From a virus (lineage: Duplodnaviria > Caudoviricetes), in IMG/VR virus record IMGVR_UViG_2898597404_000001, positions 1 through 64,000 of that record: DNA of 64,000 nt, one strand, 5' to 3'. Below are positions 17,912-27,295 of this stretch, piece after piece. Each line of letters begins with the position of its first letter. The stretch's first letter is position 1. A model generated the notes under the pieces. That model searched no databases, was not told the DNA's origin, and worked only from the letters and a program-made list of their open reading frames with translations. The translations under genes were made by a program, and so were the position numbers.

Positions 17912-18315
17912 CCGCCGACCCCGCCAGAGCCCCCGCCCGAGCCGCAGACCCGGACGACGCCCCGGACGGCGTCGAACCCGACGACGACCGCCGCGCCGCC
18001 GCCAGCATCCTCGACCGCGAGACCGGCAAGGTCCGCGTCCTCGACCAGCGATGCCCCGACTGCCTGTTCCGGCAGGCGGGCCGCAAGGCGTTCGGCGAGG
18101 ACCGCGTCGCCGAGGTCATCGCCGAGAACCTCGAGGCGGGCGCGCTCCTCACCTGCCACAAGACCCTCCCCTACGGCGACCACCCCGAGATCGGCCCGGC
18201 CGCCTGCGCGGGCTTCTGGGCCCGCCACCGGTCCGACGTGCTCGTCGGACGGCTCGCCCAGCTCTTCCTCGGCGTCGCCCGCGTCTCCCTACCGAGAAAG
18301 GACCCGGCACATTGA
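17908..18315 (+). CDS. Cys/His-containing hypothetical phage protein
   Basis: CPDCLF...TCHKT...CAGF. Confidence 0.7.
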   Translation: MTADPARAPARAADPDDAPDGVEPDDDRRAAASILDRETGKVRVLDQRCPDCLFRQAGRKAFGEDRVAEVIAENLEAGALLTCHKTLPYGDHPEIGPAACAGFWARHRSDVLVGRLAQLFLGVARVSLPRKDPAH

Positions 18316-18737
18316 CCGACGACCACGAGCCCCGCGTGCTCACCCACCGGCCCAGGTGCAAGATCTGCCTCAGACCCGTCACCGGCGACATCCACGTCGG
18401 CCGCTTCATCGACAACGGGCGCCTGGTCTGGGAGGGCAGCGGCCACCAGCGATGCGTCCGCGCCGTGCTCGACGCCGACGCCATGGAGCTGGCCCGCGTC
18501 TGGGGCGAAGCCTGCGCGGCCGGCTACCACGAGTTCCCCGGCCAGTGGACGCGGGACCCGTCCGACCCGTACGACGACGCCCGGTACTGGGTCTGCGCCC
18601 GCGGCTGCGGCCACGTCCAGCGCCACCCCGGCTACGGCCACGGACGCATCCTGGCGATCATCGAGCTGTTCACCAGCGACGAGTTCGACCGGTACCTGGA
18701 GCGCCACGGCGTCTCCCTCGCGGAGGCCGCCCGATGA
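18312..18737 (+). CDS. Hypothetical Zn-finger protein
   Basis: TTGA overlap; CKIC, HQRC, CARGCGH. Confidence 0.6.
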   Translation: MTDDHEPRVLTHRPRCKICLRPVTGDIHVGRFIDNGRLVWEGSGHQRCVRAVLDADAMELARVWGEACAAGYHEFPGQWTRDPSDPYDDARYWVCARGCGHVQRHPGYGHGRILAIIELFTSDEFDRYLERHGVSLAEAAR

Positions 18738-19006
18738 ACCCGCCCGAGCAGACCCCGGCGACCCCCGACCCGGAGGCCGCCGCGCGGCCCGGCGACGTCG
18801 TCTTCCTCTTCCGCCAGCCGGAGGGCTCCGAGGTCCCGCCCCTGCTCCTCCAGCACGCGGTCCTCGCCGCGCTCCGGCTCGCGGGACTCCTCCCCGCCGC
18901 CGCCGACCCCCGGCGGGACCACCGCGACATCGCCGAGTTCCTCGCGCGAGGCCGCATGGAGCGGCCCGTGGTCCGGCGGCGCGGAGCCACCGGCTGGAAC
19001 GAATGA
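18734..19006 (+). CDS. Hypothetical protein
   Basis: ATGA overlaps at both ends. Confidence 0.5.
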   Translation: MNPPEQTPATPDPEAAARPGDVVFLFRQPEGSEVPPLLLQHAVLAALRLAGLLPAAADPRRDHRDIAEFLARGRMERPVVRRRGATGWNE

Positions 19007-19443
19007 CCCCACGAGAAAGGGAACCGCACACCATGGCACCCGACCTGACCGCCATCGACGAACACCCCGCCAGCGACTCGGTGATCGAGGCGATCGCCCA
19101 AGACCTGGCCGACATGCGCACCCACCCCGACGACCGCCTGTTCTGCTTCCACCGCACCGTCGAGGTCGGCGAGCACATGGCATCCGTGCTGGCCCGCCTC
19201 CGGGACACCGAGGCGGAGCTGGCCCGCCTCCGGGACGTGGTCAAGGCCGTCTCCGACGACGCCCGCCAGCGCGGCGAGGACATGTTCACCGCCCGCGACA
19301 ACGTGCGCGCACGCGACTGGGGGAAGGCGCGCGGCCTGGAACGCGGCGCGAACGAGCTGACCGACCTCGCCAAGCGGCTCCGCGCGGCCCTCACCGAGTC
19401 CCTCCTCGCCACCCAGGACCGGGCACCGGAGGCGCGGCCGTGA
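19003..19443 (+). CDS. Hypothetical protein, paralog of next gene
   Basis: Shared RTHP..FC..GE.M..VLAR.R.. and LERGA motifs. Confidence 0.7.
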   Translation: MTPREREPHTMAPDLTAIDEHPASDSVIEAIAQDLADMRTHPDDRLFCFHRTVEVGEHMASVLARLRDTEAELARLRDVVKAVSDDARQRGEDMFTARDNVRARDWGKARGLERGANELTDLAKRLRAALTESLLATQDRAPEARP

Positions 19444-19967
19444 ACGACACCGACGCGACCGGGCCCGCCGAGCCCGCCGAGCCCGCAGCCGACGAGACCC
19501 ACTACTCCGATCGAGTCCTGCGCGACGTGCAGCCCATCAGCGACGAGCTGTTCCAGGCGTTCGTCGGGCACGTGCAAGAGCTGCGCACGCACCCCCACCC
19601 CGAAGGCTCCACGGACTGGTTCTGCATGAACCTCGCCGCCTTCCTGGGCGAGCGGATGGGCCCTGTGCTGGCCCGCGTCCGGGAAGCCGAGACCGCCCGC
19701 GACGACGCCCTCCGCCAGTTCGACCGGCTCTGCCACGACGTCCGCGAGATCGCCTCCGACGCCCGGCGCAGGCACCGGCTCCTGCTGAGGTTCCGCGGCA
19801 GGCAGCCGGACGACGAGCTGGGCTCCGCGAGGGGCCGCGCCCTGGAGCGCGGCGCCTTCTACCTCAGCAGGACGGTCGACCAGCTCGAAGGCGCGCTCCC
19901 CGCACCCGCGAACGAGCCGCAGACCCCGGCCCCCGAGCCGGAGCCGGGCACCGGCCGGGACGCCTAA
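19440..19967 (+). CDS. Hypothetical protein, paralog of previous gene
   Basis: Same shared motifs. Confidence 0.7.
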   Translation: MNDTDATGPAEPAEPAADETHYSDRVLRDVQPISDELFQAFVGHVQELRTHPHPEGSTDWFCMNLAAFLGERMGPVLARVREAETARDDALRQFDRLCHDVREIASDARRRHRLLLRFRGRQPDDELGSARGRALERGAFYLSRTVDQLEGALPAPANEPQTPAPEPEPGTGRDA

Positions 19968-20092
19968 CTCCCCGGCGGCCCTGGGAGGCGGACGCCCCCG
20001 CCCTCCCAGGGCCTGACCCGGCCACCACGCGCGCGCACGCCCTTTCGCGGACGTGCGCAGCGCACCCCTACCGATCCGAAGGAGCGCGACCG

Positions 20093-21280
20093 ATGCCACG
20101 ACACTACAAGCGCGACCGCGACCGCAAGCGCGGCCGCGAGCGCGGCGCGCAGCTCGACCTGTTCGCCGCACTCTCCGGGGACCAGCCCCCCACCCCGGCG
20201 GACCTCCCGCCCGACCCCGACCCCGATCAGAAGGAGATCACCCTCACCCCGGACAGCGTCCGCCCGCAGGACCCGCCACCCGCCACCGGCGGCGACGCGG
20301 ACGGCGGCCAGGCCCCGCCCCCGCCGTCGCCGAGGCCGGCCCCGCGAAAGGCGCCCGACTCCGGCCGCCTGCACCAGCTCGCCGAGCGCGTCAACGCGGC
20401 GTGGCACGACGCCCAGCGCGGCAACCGCCACCACCAGACCGCGTCCCATATCGAGATCCCCCTCGGCGTCGTCGCCGCGCTCACCCAGATCCGGCAGGCC
20501 GACCCGAAGGGCCCCGACCTGGCCGCACAGATCATCGACCTGGACGGGCCGGGGCTGCTGTCCATGTACCGGCAGATCTGGGCCATCCAGTGGATCACGA
20601 ACCCCTACCTGATCAACGCCGCCCGTCCGCTCGCGGAGTGGCTCGACGAGCCCGACGACCCCGACCCCGCCACCGTCGAGGCCGTCCGCCACGTCACCGC
20701 CACGGCGCTCCACGCGGGCCTGCTGGACTTCACCGGGAACCCGGACCCGCACTGGCGCTGCGAGACCGACGTGCTCGGCCGCGTCCTGGTCGAGCTGCGC
20801 TCCTCGGGCGCCAGCGCGAGCCTCGCCGAGATCCACACCCCGCAAGAGCTCGCCAACGCCATGGCCGCCCTGACGATGCCGGTCGACGAGCTGCTCGCGG
20901 CCGAGCTGGAGCGCGGGACCGGTCCCGGCGGCATCCACGACCCGGCGGCCGGGACCGGCGGGCTCCTCCGCGCCGCCGCGTGGGCGCTCCGCAACCAGGG
21001 CATCGAGCCCTCCCGCTTCGCGTGGGCCGCGACCGACATCGACCCGATCGCCGCCGCCTGCTGCGCGGTCAACGCCCTCGTGTGGGACCTCGGCCCGGAC
21101 GTCCTGGTCCACTGCGGCAACACCCTCACCGAGCCGGACGGCATCAAGCGGGAGCGGCTCCGCCGCAAGGAGATCTTCGCACTGCGGAGCGAGCTGATGG
21201 ACGGCGCGCGGATGCTCGCCGCCTACCGGCGGGCCATGTCCCTCCTGGAGGGCACTGTCAGCGGCCGAGACTGTCCCTGA
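20093..21280 (+). CDS. N6-adenine DNA methylase (HsdM)-like protein
   Basis: IHTP, IHDPAAGTGGLL, TDIDP, CGNTL; no NPPF/Y motif after motif I. Confidence 0.75.
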   Translation: MPRHYKRDRDRKRGRERGAQLDLFAALSGDQPPTPADLPPDPDPDQKEITLTPDSVRPQDPPPATGGDADGGQAPPPPSPRPAPRKAPDSGRLHQLAERVNAAWHDAQRGNRHHQTASHIEIPLGVVAALTQIRQADPKGPDLAAQIIDLDGPGLLSMYRQIWAIQWITNPYLINAARPLAEWLDEPDDPDPATVEAVRHVTATALHAGLLDFTGNPDPHWRCETDVLGRVLVELRSSGASASLAEIHTPQELANAMAALTMPVDELLAAELERGTGPGGIHDPAAGTGGLLRAAAWALRNQGIEPSRFAWAATDIDPIAAACCAVNALVWDLGPDVLVHCGNTLTEPDGIKRERLRRKEIFALRSELMDGARMLAAYRRAMSLLEGTVSGRDCP

Positions 21281-21334
21281 ATTTGGCCTCTCGCCTTGTC
21301 ATAGGCTCTAATTCATGCCATACTTAGGGACATA
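21271..21334 (+). promoter_or_regulatory. Phage promoter/operator copy 4 plus upstream partial site
   Basis: CTGTCCCTGAATTTGGCCT, then TTGTCA-N17-CATACT-TAGGGACATA. Confidence 0.8.
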
Positions 21335-21367
21335 AGGCAAAGCAAACACCCAGGGAGGAACCCACCC

Positions 21368-21757
21368 ATGAGCGGCCAGAGCTTCTCCGACGAGGAAATC
21401 AAGCGCGCCATCGACACGTACGGCGCTTCGGCCGACCTCTCCGAGGACGACGCCCGCGCCCGGCTCATCCGCGACCTCCAGGACCTCGACAAGATCCGGC
21501 ACGCCCCCGCGATGGCGGAATTCGTCAAGCAGCAGGGCATCGCCCGCCCCTGGCACAGCGTCCGCGAGCGGATCAGCAAGGACGGCCTGAGCGCCCGCGA
21601 CGCCCTCCGCGCCGAGCGCGAGCAGGCGCTGAAAGCGCTGATCGACCAGAGCCCCGCCGTCAGCACGAACGGCGTCCTGAACGAGTCCGAGGTCGCCGCC
21701 CGCGAGGGCGCCCGCCTGTTCCTCCGCCGCACGGACGGACTGCTCGACGCCTCCTGA
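21368..21757 (+). CDS. Hypothetical protein, paralog of 24298-24681
   Basis: ALRAERE...REGAR.FL.RT. Confidence 0.75.
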   Translation: MSGQSFSDEEIKRAIDTYGASADLSEDDARARLIRDLQDLDKIRHAPAMAEFVKQQGIARPWHSVRERISKDGLSARDALRAEREQALKALIDQSPAVSTNGVLNESEVAAREGARLFLRRTDGLLDAS

Positions 21758-21857
21758 CCACCCCTGGAAAACGGGGGCGGCGGGCCCTTCCCCGCCCGGC
21801 CCGCCGCCCCCGGCCCCGCACGACCACCCGCACCACGACCGGAAGGAACCGCACGCC

Positions 21858-22409
21858 ATGAACATCCTCGACATCTACGACCAGATCACCTCCGCCACCA
21901 TCGGCGACATCGAGGTGTCCCGCGCCGCCCCGACCCCCGGCTGGGTCGTCGCCCGCCAGCACCAGAGCCGCCACTGGGCCCGCGAGTTCCTCGCCAACGA
22001 CGGCGAGCACTGGATGGACGTCATCGAGCCCGACAGCCCCGAGGCCGCCCGCGTCCTCTGGGACGCCGTCGAGCTCGCCCTCGCCGCCGCCTTCGACCAC
22101 GCCGCCGCCCCGACCGACCGCGACGGGATCGACGGCCCCACCGACATCACCGACATCACCGACCGCCTCACCTCGGTCCGGTTCGGCTCCATCCGCGTCT
22201 TCCGCGCCGTCGCGGAGGAGGGCTGGATCATCGCCCGCACCCCCGACGACCGCCCCTACGCCCGCGAACTCCTCTCCGCGGTGGACGCCGAGACCTGGAT
22301 CAGCATCAGCGACCTCGCCGACCCCGCCAACCCCGCCGCCTCCATGGTCCTGTGGCCCAACCCCGAGGCCGCCCTCTTCACCGCCTGCGACCACGCCGGA
22401 CGGCGCTGA
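21858..22409 (+). CDS. Hypothetical protein with internal duplication
   Basis: ITSATIGDIEVSRA..GWVVAR..WAREFL / LTSVRFGSIRVFRA..GWIIAR..YARELL. Confidence 0.75.
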   Translation: MNILDIYDQITSATIGDIEVSRAAPTPGWVVARQHQSRHWAREFLANDGEHWMDVIEPDSPEAARVLWDAVELALAAAFDHAAAPTDRDGIDGPTDITDITDRLTSVRFGSIRVFRAVAEEGWIIARTPDDRPYARELLSAVDAETWISISDLADPANPAASMVLWPNPEAALFTACDHAGRR

Positions 22410-22470
22410 CCCCCGAGCCCACGGGGGGCGGCACCCGCCGCCCCCCGGCCGACCGGAAGGAACCGGCGCC

Positions 22471-22863
22471 ATGGCCATCGGCTGGGCCCTCGACCGGGCC
22501 CCCACCGTCCCGCCCCACCCCACCGTCCTCCTGCCCCAGCAGGCCGCGGTCGCCCGCGCCTACCGGGCCGCCGCCGTCGCGCGCGCCGTCGTCATGGCGA
22601 GGGCCGCCGCGCAGCTCATCGGGCACGCGCCCTGGTCCTGCATGGCCCCCGGCCCCGGCGGGCTGCGCGTCGTCCTCGGCCCCGGCACCACCCTCGATCA
22701 GCTCGGGCGCGCCATCGACGCGCTGGAAGCCGACGGGTGGACGATCACCCGTATCACCACCTGCCCACGCCTGCTCGGGCAGGCGTGCGTCCACATCACC
22801 CTCCCCCCGGACCTCGCCGCCCAAGCCGCGGCCACCGATCAGGAAGGACCCCGCGAACCATGA
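22471..22863 (+). CDS. Hypothetical protein
   Basis: RBS GGAAGGA. Confidence 0.6.
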   Translation: MAIGWALDRAPTVPPHPTVLLPQQAAVARAYRAAAVARAVVMARAAAQLIGHAPWSCMAPGPGGLRVVLGPGTTLDQLGRAIDALEADGWTITRITTCPRLLGQACVHITLPPDLAAQAAATDQEGPREP

Positions 22864-23330
22864 CCAGCACCACCCCCGGCACCGGCCCCGGAGGGGCGGC
22901 CGCGCGGCACCGGCTCTACGCCGTGCGCCACGACGAGTCGATCACGGACATCGTCCTCCACCAGAGCCCCGCCCTCCCCGACGTGACCCTGCTCAGCCTC
23001 GCCGACGAGGCCGACGCCCCCGCCGTCATCGCCATGCTGGAGGACGCCTACCAGCGGGGCGCCGCGCACGCCCCCTGCGACCGCGCCGCCGAGGTCCGCG
23101 CGATCGGCGACGACGCCCCGGACGGCCACGCCTACTACGTCGTCCTCGGCACCATCCGCCGCCGCATCGCCCGGCTCGACCAGGACGGCGACACCACCGT
23201 GCTCAACGCCGACGAGGCCCCGCTCGGCCTCACCCTCGACGCCCTCCAGCCCGCCCTGATCATCTGCTACCAACTCGCCCTCCGGCACGCCGAGACCTCC
23301 GTCACCGCGACCGCCGAGGAGGCGCGGTGA
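22860..23330 (+). CDS. Hypothetical protein, paralog family A (1 of 3)
   Basis: APAVIAMLEDAYQRG...CD. Confidence 0.7.
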   Translation: MTSTTPGTGPGGAAARHRLYAVRHDESITDIVLHQSPALPDVTLLSLADEADAPAVIAMLEDAYQRGAAHAPCDRAAEVRAIGDDAPDGHAYYVVLGTIRRRIARLDQDGDTTVLNADEAPLGLTLDALQPALIICYQLALRHAETSVTATAEEAR

Positions 23331-23770
23331 CGACCCGCACGGCCCCCCGTCCCGCGCCCTGGGCGCGCGGCACCGAGGCCCCGCCCCCCTGGGAGTTCCG
23401 CCCGGACCGCAGCGGCCGGCCCCCCGGCATCGACCTCTGCCACGACGGCCGCGTCATCCGCCGCCGCATCGTCAGCCTCGCCGACCCCGCCGGAATCCCC
23501 GCCGTGGTGCGCCTCCTGGAGGACGCCCGCGAGCGCGGCCGCGCGCACGGCTGGTGCGACCAGCGCGCCGAACTCGCGGCCCGCCGCGCCAACCGCCCGG
23601 ACGGCCACACCCACTACCGCGCTCACGGCGGGCACCTCGTCCGTGACCAGGACGGCGAAGCCGTCAGCCTGCTCGCCAGCGACAACCCGCACGGCATCTG
23701 GCTGACCCAGATGGCCACCGCGCTCCAGGCCGCCTTCATGCTCGGACAGTCGGAGGCCATCACCCGATGA
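23327..23770 (+). CDS. Hypothetical protein, paralog family A (2 of 3)
   Basis: IPAVVRLLEDARERG...CD. Confidence 0.7.
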   Translation: MTTRTAPRPAPWARGTEAPPPWEFRPDRSGRPPGIDLCHDGRVIRRRIVSLADPAGIPAVVRLLEDARERGRAHGWCDQRAELAARRANRPDGHTHYRAHGGHLVRDQDGEAVSLLASDNPHGIWLTQMATALQAAFMLGQSEAITR

Positions 23771-24264
23771 CCGCCTACCCCGAGAACGCCCGCTACGAGT
23801 TCCACCCGAGCCCGCGCGGCAGGCGTCCCCTGGGCGTCGACCTGCACCTGGACGGCAGGCCGATCCGGCGCCTCGTGCGGCTGCGCCGCCGCGACGACGC
23901 CCCCCGCGTGATCGCCCTGCTGGAGGACGCCCGCCGCCTCGGCGCGTCCCACCATCCCTGCGACCTGCGCGCCGAGGTCGTCGTCCCGATGCTCGCCCGG
24001 CGGCCCGTCCTGCACCCCTGCTACTCGGTCAGCGTCACCGGCCCGCCGAGCGTCCTCCTGCTGGAGGGCGGCCACCTGCGGACCCTCCTCGCCGCCACCG
24101 ACATCCCGCCGGGCACGACACCCGCGCGGCTCGTCGCGGCCCTGGAGACCGCGTTCACGATCGGCCACCGCTGCGGCCCCCCAGAGCCCCCCACGGGAGG
24201 ACGGCAGGGGGCCCCGGCGTTGCCTTCCACGCTTGATTATGCCCTCAATTCATGCCATAATTAG
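23767..24264 (+). CDS. Hypothetical protein, paralog family A (3 of 3)
   Basis: APRVIALLEDARRLG...CD. Confidence 0.7.
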   Translation: MTAYPENARYEFHPSPRGRRPLGVDLHLDGRPIRRLVRLRRRDDAPRVIALLEDARRLGASHHPCDLRAEVVVPMLARRPVLHPCYSVSVTGPPSVLLLEGGHLRTLLAATDIPPGTTPARLVAALETAFTIGHRCGPPEPPTGGRQGAPALPSTLDYALNSCHN

Positions 24265-24269
24265 GGACA
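24233..24269 (+). promoter_or_regulatory. Phage promoter/operator copy 5
   Basis: TTGATT-N17-CATAAT-TAGGGACA. Confidence 0.8.
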
Positions 24270-24297
24270 GAAGGCAAGCGAAGCGAGGGAGCCCGAC

Positions 24298-24681
24298 ATG
24301 GACCGCACACACATCCTCGGCGCGTTCGAGAACCAGATGCTCAGCATCTTCGAGGACGAGGCGCAGGCGCGCGAGAAGCTCGCCCGCGAAGTCCTCAACC
24401 AGGCCGGACCATACGCGGACGCGATGCGCGCCCTGATCAACGCCCAGGGCGAGGCCAAGCCCTACCGCGCCGTCATCGCCGCGCACTGCGAGAGGGGCGT
24501 CCCGCTCGCGCTCGCGCTCCGCGCCGAGCGCGAGCGCTGCACCCAGGCGCTCGTCGAGCGCCCCGAGACCCTCCACACGGACGGCATCAGCACCGACATC
24601 GCCCGCGCCGAGCGCGAAGGCGCCCGCCGGTTCCTGCAGCGCACCGCCGCTTACATCGCGCGCCTCGACGAGGCCGCCTGA
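24298..24681 (+). CDS. Hypothetical protein, paralog of 21368-21757
   Basis: ALRAERE...REGARRFLQRT. Confidence 0.75.
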   Translation: MDRTHILGAFENQMLSIFEDEAQAREKLAREVLNQAGPYADAMRALINAQGEAKPYRAVIAAHCERGVPLALALRAERERCTQALVERPETLHTDGISTDIARAEREGARRFLQRTAAYIARLDEAA

Positions 24682-24741
24682 CCGAACCCGCCACGGGGCG
24701 GCGGGACCCGCCCGCCGCCCCCGGACAGGAGAGGAACCACC

Positions 24742-25479
24742 ATGACCGACACCAACCCGGAGGCCGGCATCGACCCGGCCGCCATCGTCTTCCCGGACCT
24801 GATCACGGCCTGCTGCGACCTGCCGCACCCCGCCGCCCAGGACGGCTCCAACTTCGTCTGCCGGAACTGCGACACCCCCACCGGCCGCAGGCGCTACAAG
24901 GCGCTCCTGGAGTGCGAGTGCGAGTCCGTCGTCGAGATCCCCGACGACGGACGCTCCGCCTGCCCCGACTGCGGCCTGCTCTACTGCATCGCCGCCGACT
25001 TCCCCGACGGCCTGATCATGGCGGAGCCCTGCGACAAGCCCGCCGTCACCGAGGACGGCCGCCACTGCCTCGCCCACGCCCCCGCCCGCGACCTCCACGC
25101 GGCCCTGGACAACATCACCGACTCCCTCGAAGACGCCGACCACCTGACCGCCTACCAGCGCTACCTGACCAGGGCCTCCCAGTACCCGCCCCTCCACACC
25201 TCGTCGGACTCCCGCTACACCGCCTACGCCGGACACGTCACCCTCCAGCGCCACAGCGACACCGCGATCCGGTACTGGCGCTGCGACCACCGCCACCCCG
25301 ACCCGCAGGCCGCCGCCGAGTGCGCCCGGCAGGAGCTGCTCTACCAGCTCGGCACCGCCGACGAGGCGTACGGGCACGCCGCGTGCAGCATCCTCGGCCT
25401 CCACGAGTGGACCGTCCCCCGCGCCGATGGCGGGTCCCTGCCGCAGTGGTCCTGGGAGAACGTGATGATGCGCGCCTGA
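24742..25479 (+). CDS. Cys-rich hypothetical protein
   Basis: Several CxxC motifs, WRCDHRH. Confidence 0.7.
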   Translation: MTDTNPEAGIDPAAIVFPDLITACCDLPHPAAQDGSNFVCRNCDTPTGRRRYKALLECECESVVEIPDDGRSACPDCGLLYCIAADFPDGLIMAEPCDKPAVTEDGRHCLAHAPARDLHAALDNITDSLEDADHLTAYQRYLTRASQYPPLHTSSDSRYTAYAGHVTLQRHSDTAIRYWRCDHRHPDPQAAAECARQELLYQLGTADEAYGHAACSILGLHEWTVPRADGGSLPQWSWENVMMRA

Positions 25480-25587
25480 CCAGCCGCCCCGCCGGGGGAC
25501 CTCCCCGCAGCCCCCGGCGGGGCGGCCCCCTCCGCGCCCCCCAGATCCCCTCACAGCCCCGACCACGACCCACAGGAGGTAGCCCCT

Positions 25588-26187
25588 ATGCCCGGCATCC
25601 GATCCGCCGACTACGACGAGACCGTGGCCAAGCTCATCCTCGACCAGATCATCCAGGACATGGCCAAGGGCCTCGCCAAGGAACCGCTCTCCGAACTGGA
25701 GCACGAAGGGGGCGGCGCCCGCCACGAATTCATGATGGCCGCGCTCGACGAGTACAAGAAGCGCGGCGGCCAGATCCAGACCCACATCGGCGGCCCCGCC
25801 GAAGCCCTCCTCAAGATCCTCCACCAGGAGCGCCGCCTGACCATCAGCCTCCCCGGCGCCTTCCACACCTACCTGGCCGGCACCGCCCTCTGCACGACCC
25901 CGCCCGAACGCCTCAGCCCCGAAGAGGCCACCTGCCGCCGGTACCTCGACGACGCCCAGGAGATCGAGCGGGGCCGCGGACGCGAGTACCGCCTCACCAT
26001 CCCGACCGACGACAAGGTCGTCGTGGAACGCGTCCTGTCCGTCCTCGACACCTACGCCCAGGCTCTCTACGGCCCCGCCCCCGCCCAGGGCGACCAGTCC
26101 GCCCGCCGCGAGGCCCAGAAGACCGGCCGCCTCGTCCTGGGCCGCATCGCCCAGGCCCGCCACAACACCCTCGGCACCAGCCGATGA
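25588..26187 (+). CDS. Hypothetical protein
   Basis: RBS AGGAGG. Confidence 0.75.
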   Translation: MPGIRSADYDETVAKLILDQIIQDMAKGLAKEPLSELEHEGGGARHEFMMAALDEYKKRGGQIQTHIGGPAEALLKILHQERRLTISLPGAFHTYLAGTALCTTPPERLSPEEATCRRYLDDAQEIERGRGREYRLTIPTDDKVVVERVLSVLDTYAQALYGPAPAQGDQSARREAQKTGRLVLGRIAQARHNTLGTSR

Positions 26188-26201
26188 CCGGAAGGAGAAC
26201 C

Positions 26202-26690
26202 ATGGAGATCCCGCAGCGGCTCGCCCACCTGCCGGTCTGCCCCCGCAGGAACGTCCCCGTCCCCTACGCCAACATCACCACCGAGGACGGGCAGCACGAC
26301 TTCACCGCCCTCGACTCCGCCAAGGTCGTCCGCCTCGCCGCCGAACGCCGCTGCGGCATCTGCGAGGACACCCTGGACTACTGGATCGTGTTCCTCGGCG
26401 GCGAGCGCAGCGCCCAGAGCCGCGCCTACACGGACCCGCCGATGCACGAGGAGTGCGCACGGTTCGCGGCCCGAACCTGCCCCTACGTCACCCGCGCCCA
26501 CATGAGCCGCCGCAAGACGCCCCTCACCCCCGACACCACCGTCCCGAAGGGCTTCTCCGAGGACAAGCCCGCCGAGTTCCTCCTCTACTTCACCCGCAGC
26601 TACAAGCACCAGGTCACCCGCGACGGCGTCCTGTTCCGCCCCGCCCCCGCCGTCCGCCTCGAACGCTGCGGCTACAGCGCAGCCTCCTGA
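26202..26690 (+). CDS. Conserved actinophage Zn-binding hypothetical protein
   Basis: VPVPY...RRCGICEDTL...DPPMHEECARFAARTCPY. Confidence 0.75.
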   Translation: MEIPQRLAHLPVCPRRNVPVPYANITTEDGQHDFTALDSAKVVRLAAERRCGICEDTLDYWIVFLGGERSAQSRAYTDPPMHEECARFAARTCPYVTRAHMSRRKTPLTPDTTVPKGFSEDKPAEFLLYFTRSYKHQVTRDGVLFRPAPAVRLERCGYSAAS

Positions 26691-26710
26691 CCGAGAAAGG
26701 AACGGACCGA

Positions 26711-27280
26711 ATGACCGAGACCACCGAGACGACCGAGAAGCGGCGCGAATCCAGGCTGTCCCCCGCCGGGCTCGCCGCGCTGCTGGAGCTGGCCGCCGCC
26801 GAGATGGACCCCGACGCGATCACCGCGTTCGCCGAGACCGCCGCCCGCCTGGACGACCGCCACAGCATCAAGAACAAGTACGCCATCTGGGTCCAGTGCC
26901 CCGACGCCGTCCAGGTCTACGGCTACATGGAATGGCAGCAGCACGGCCGCCAGGTCCGCTACGGCCAGTCCGCCATCGGGATCTTCGCCCCCCTCACCCG
27001 CCGGACCGGCACCGAGGAGAAGGGAGGCGAGGACGCCAAGCGCACCCCCGAGGAGAAGGCAGGCAAGGACGAGAAGAGCCGCGAACGGGTCCTCCACGGC
27101 TTCAAGGTCGCCTGGGTCTACGACCTCTCCCAGACCAAGCCCCTCGACTGCCCATGCCCCCGGAAGGGCCCCTGCACCTGCCCGCCCCCCGAACCGCCCG
27201 CCCCGGCCGGCACCGCCCCGCCGACCGGAGACATACAGGACCTGCTCGACGCCCTGACCGAGGACCCGGACGACCAGTAG
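26711..27280 (+). CDS. ArdC-like N-terminal ssDNA-binding domain protein
   Basis: HSIKN.YAIWVQCPDA.QV.GY.EWQQHGRQVRYGQSAIGIFAP...VYDLSQT. Confidence 0.8.
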   Translation: MTETTETTEKRRESRLSPAGLAALLELAAAEMDPDAITAFAETAARLDDRHSIKNKYAIWVQCPDAVQVYGYMEWQQHGRQVRYGQSAIGIFAPLTRRTGTEEKGGEDAKRTPEEKAGKDEKSRERVLHGFKVAWVYDLSQTKPLDCPCPRKGPCTCPPPEPPAPAGTAPPTGDIQDLLDALTEDPDDQ

Positions 27281-27295
27281 CCTGCCGGTCCCGAC

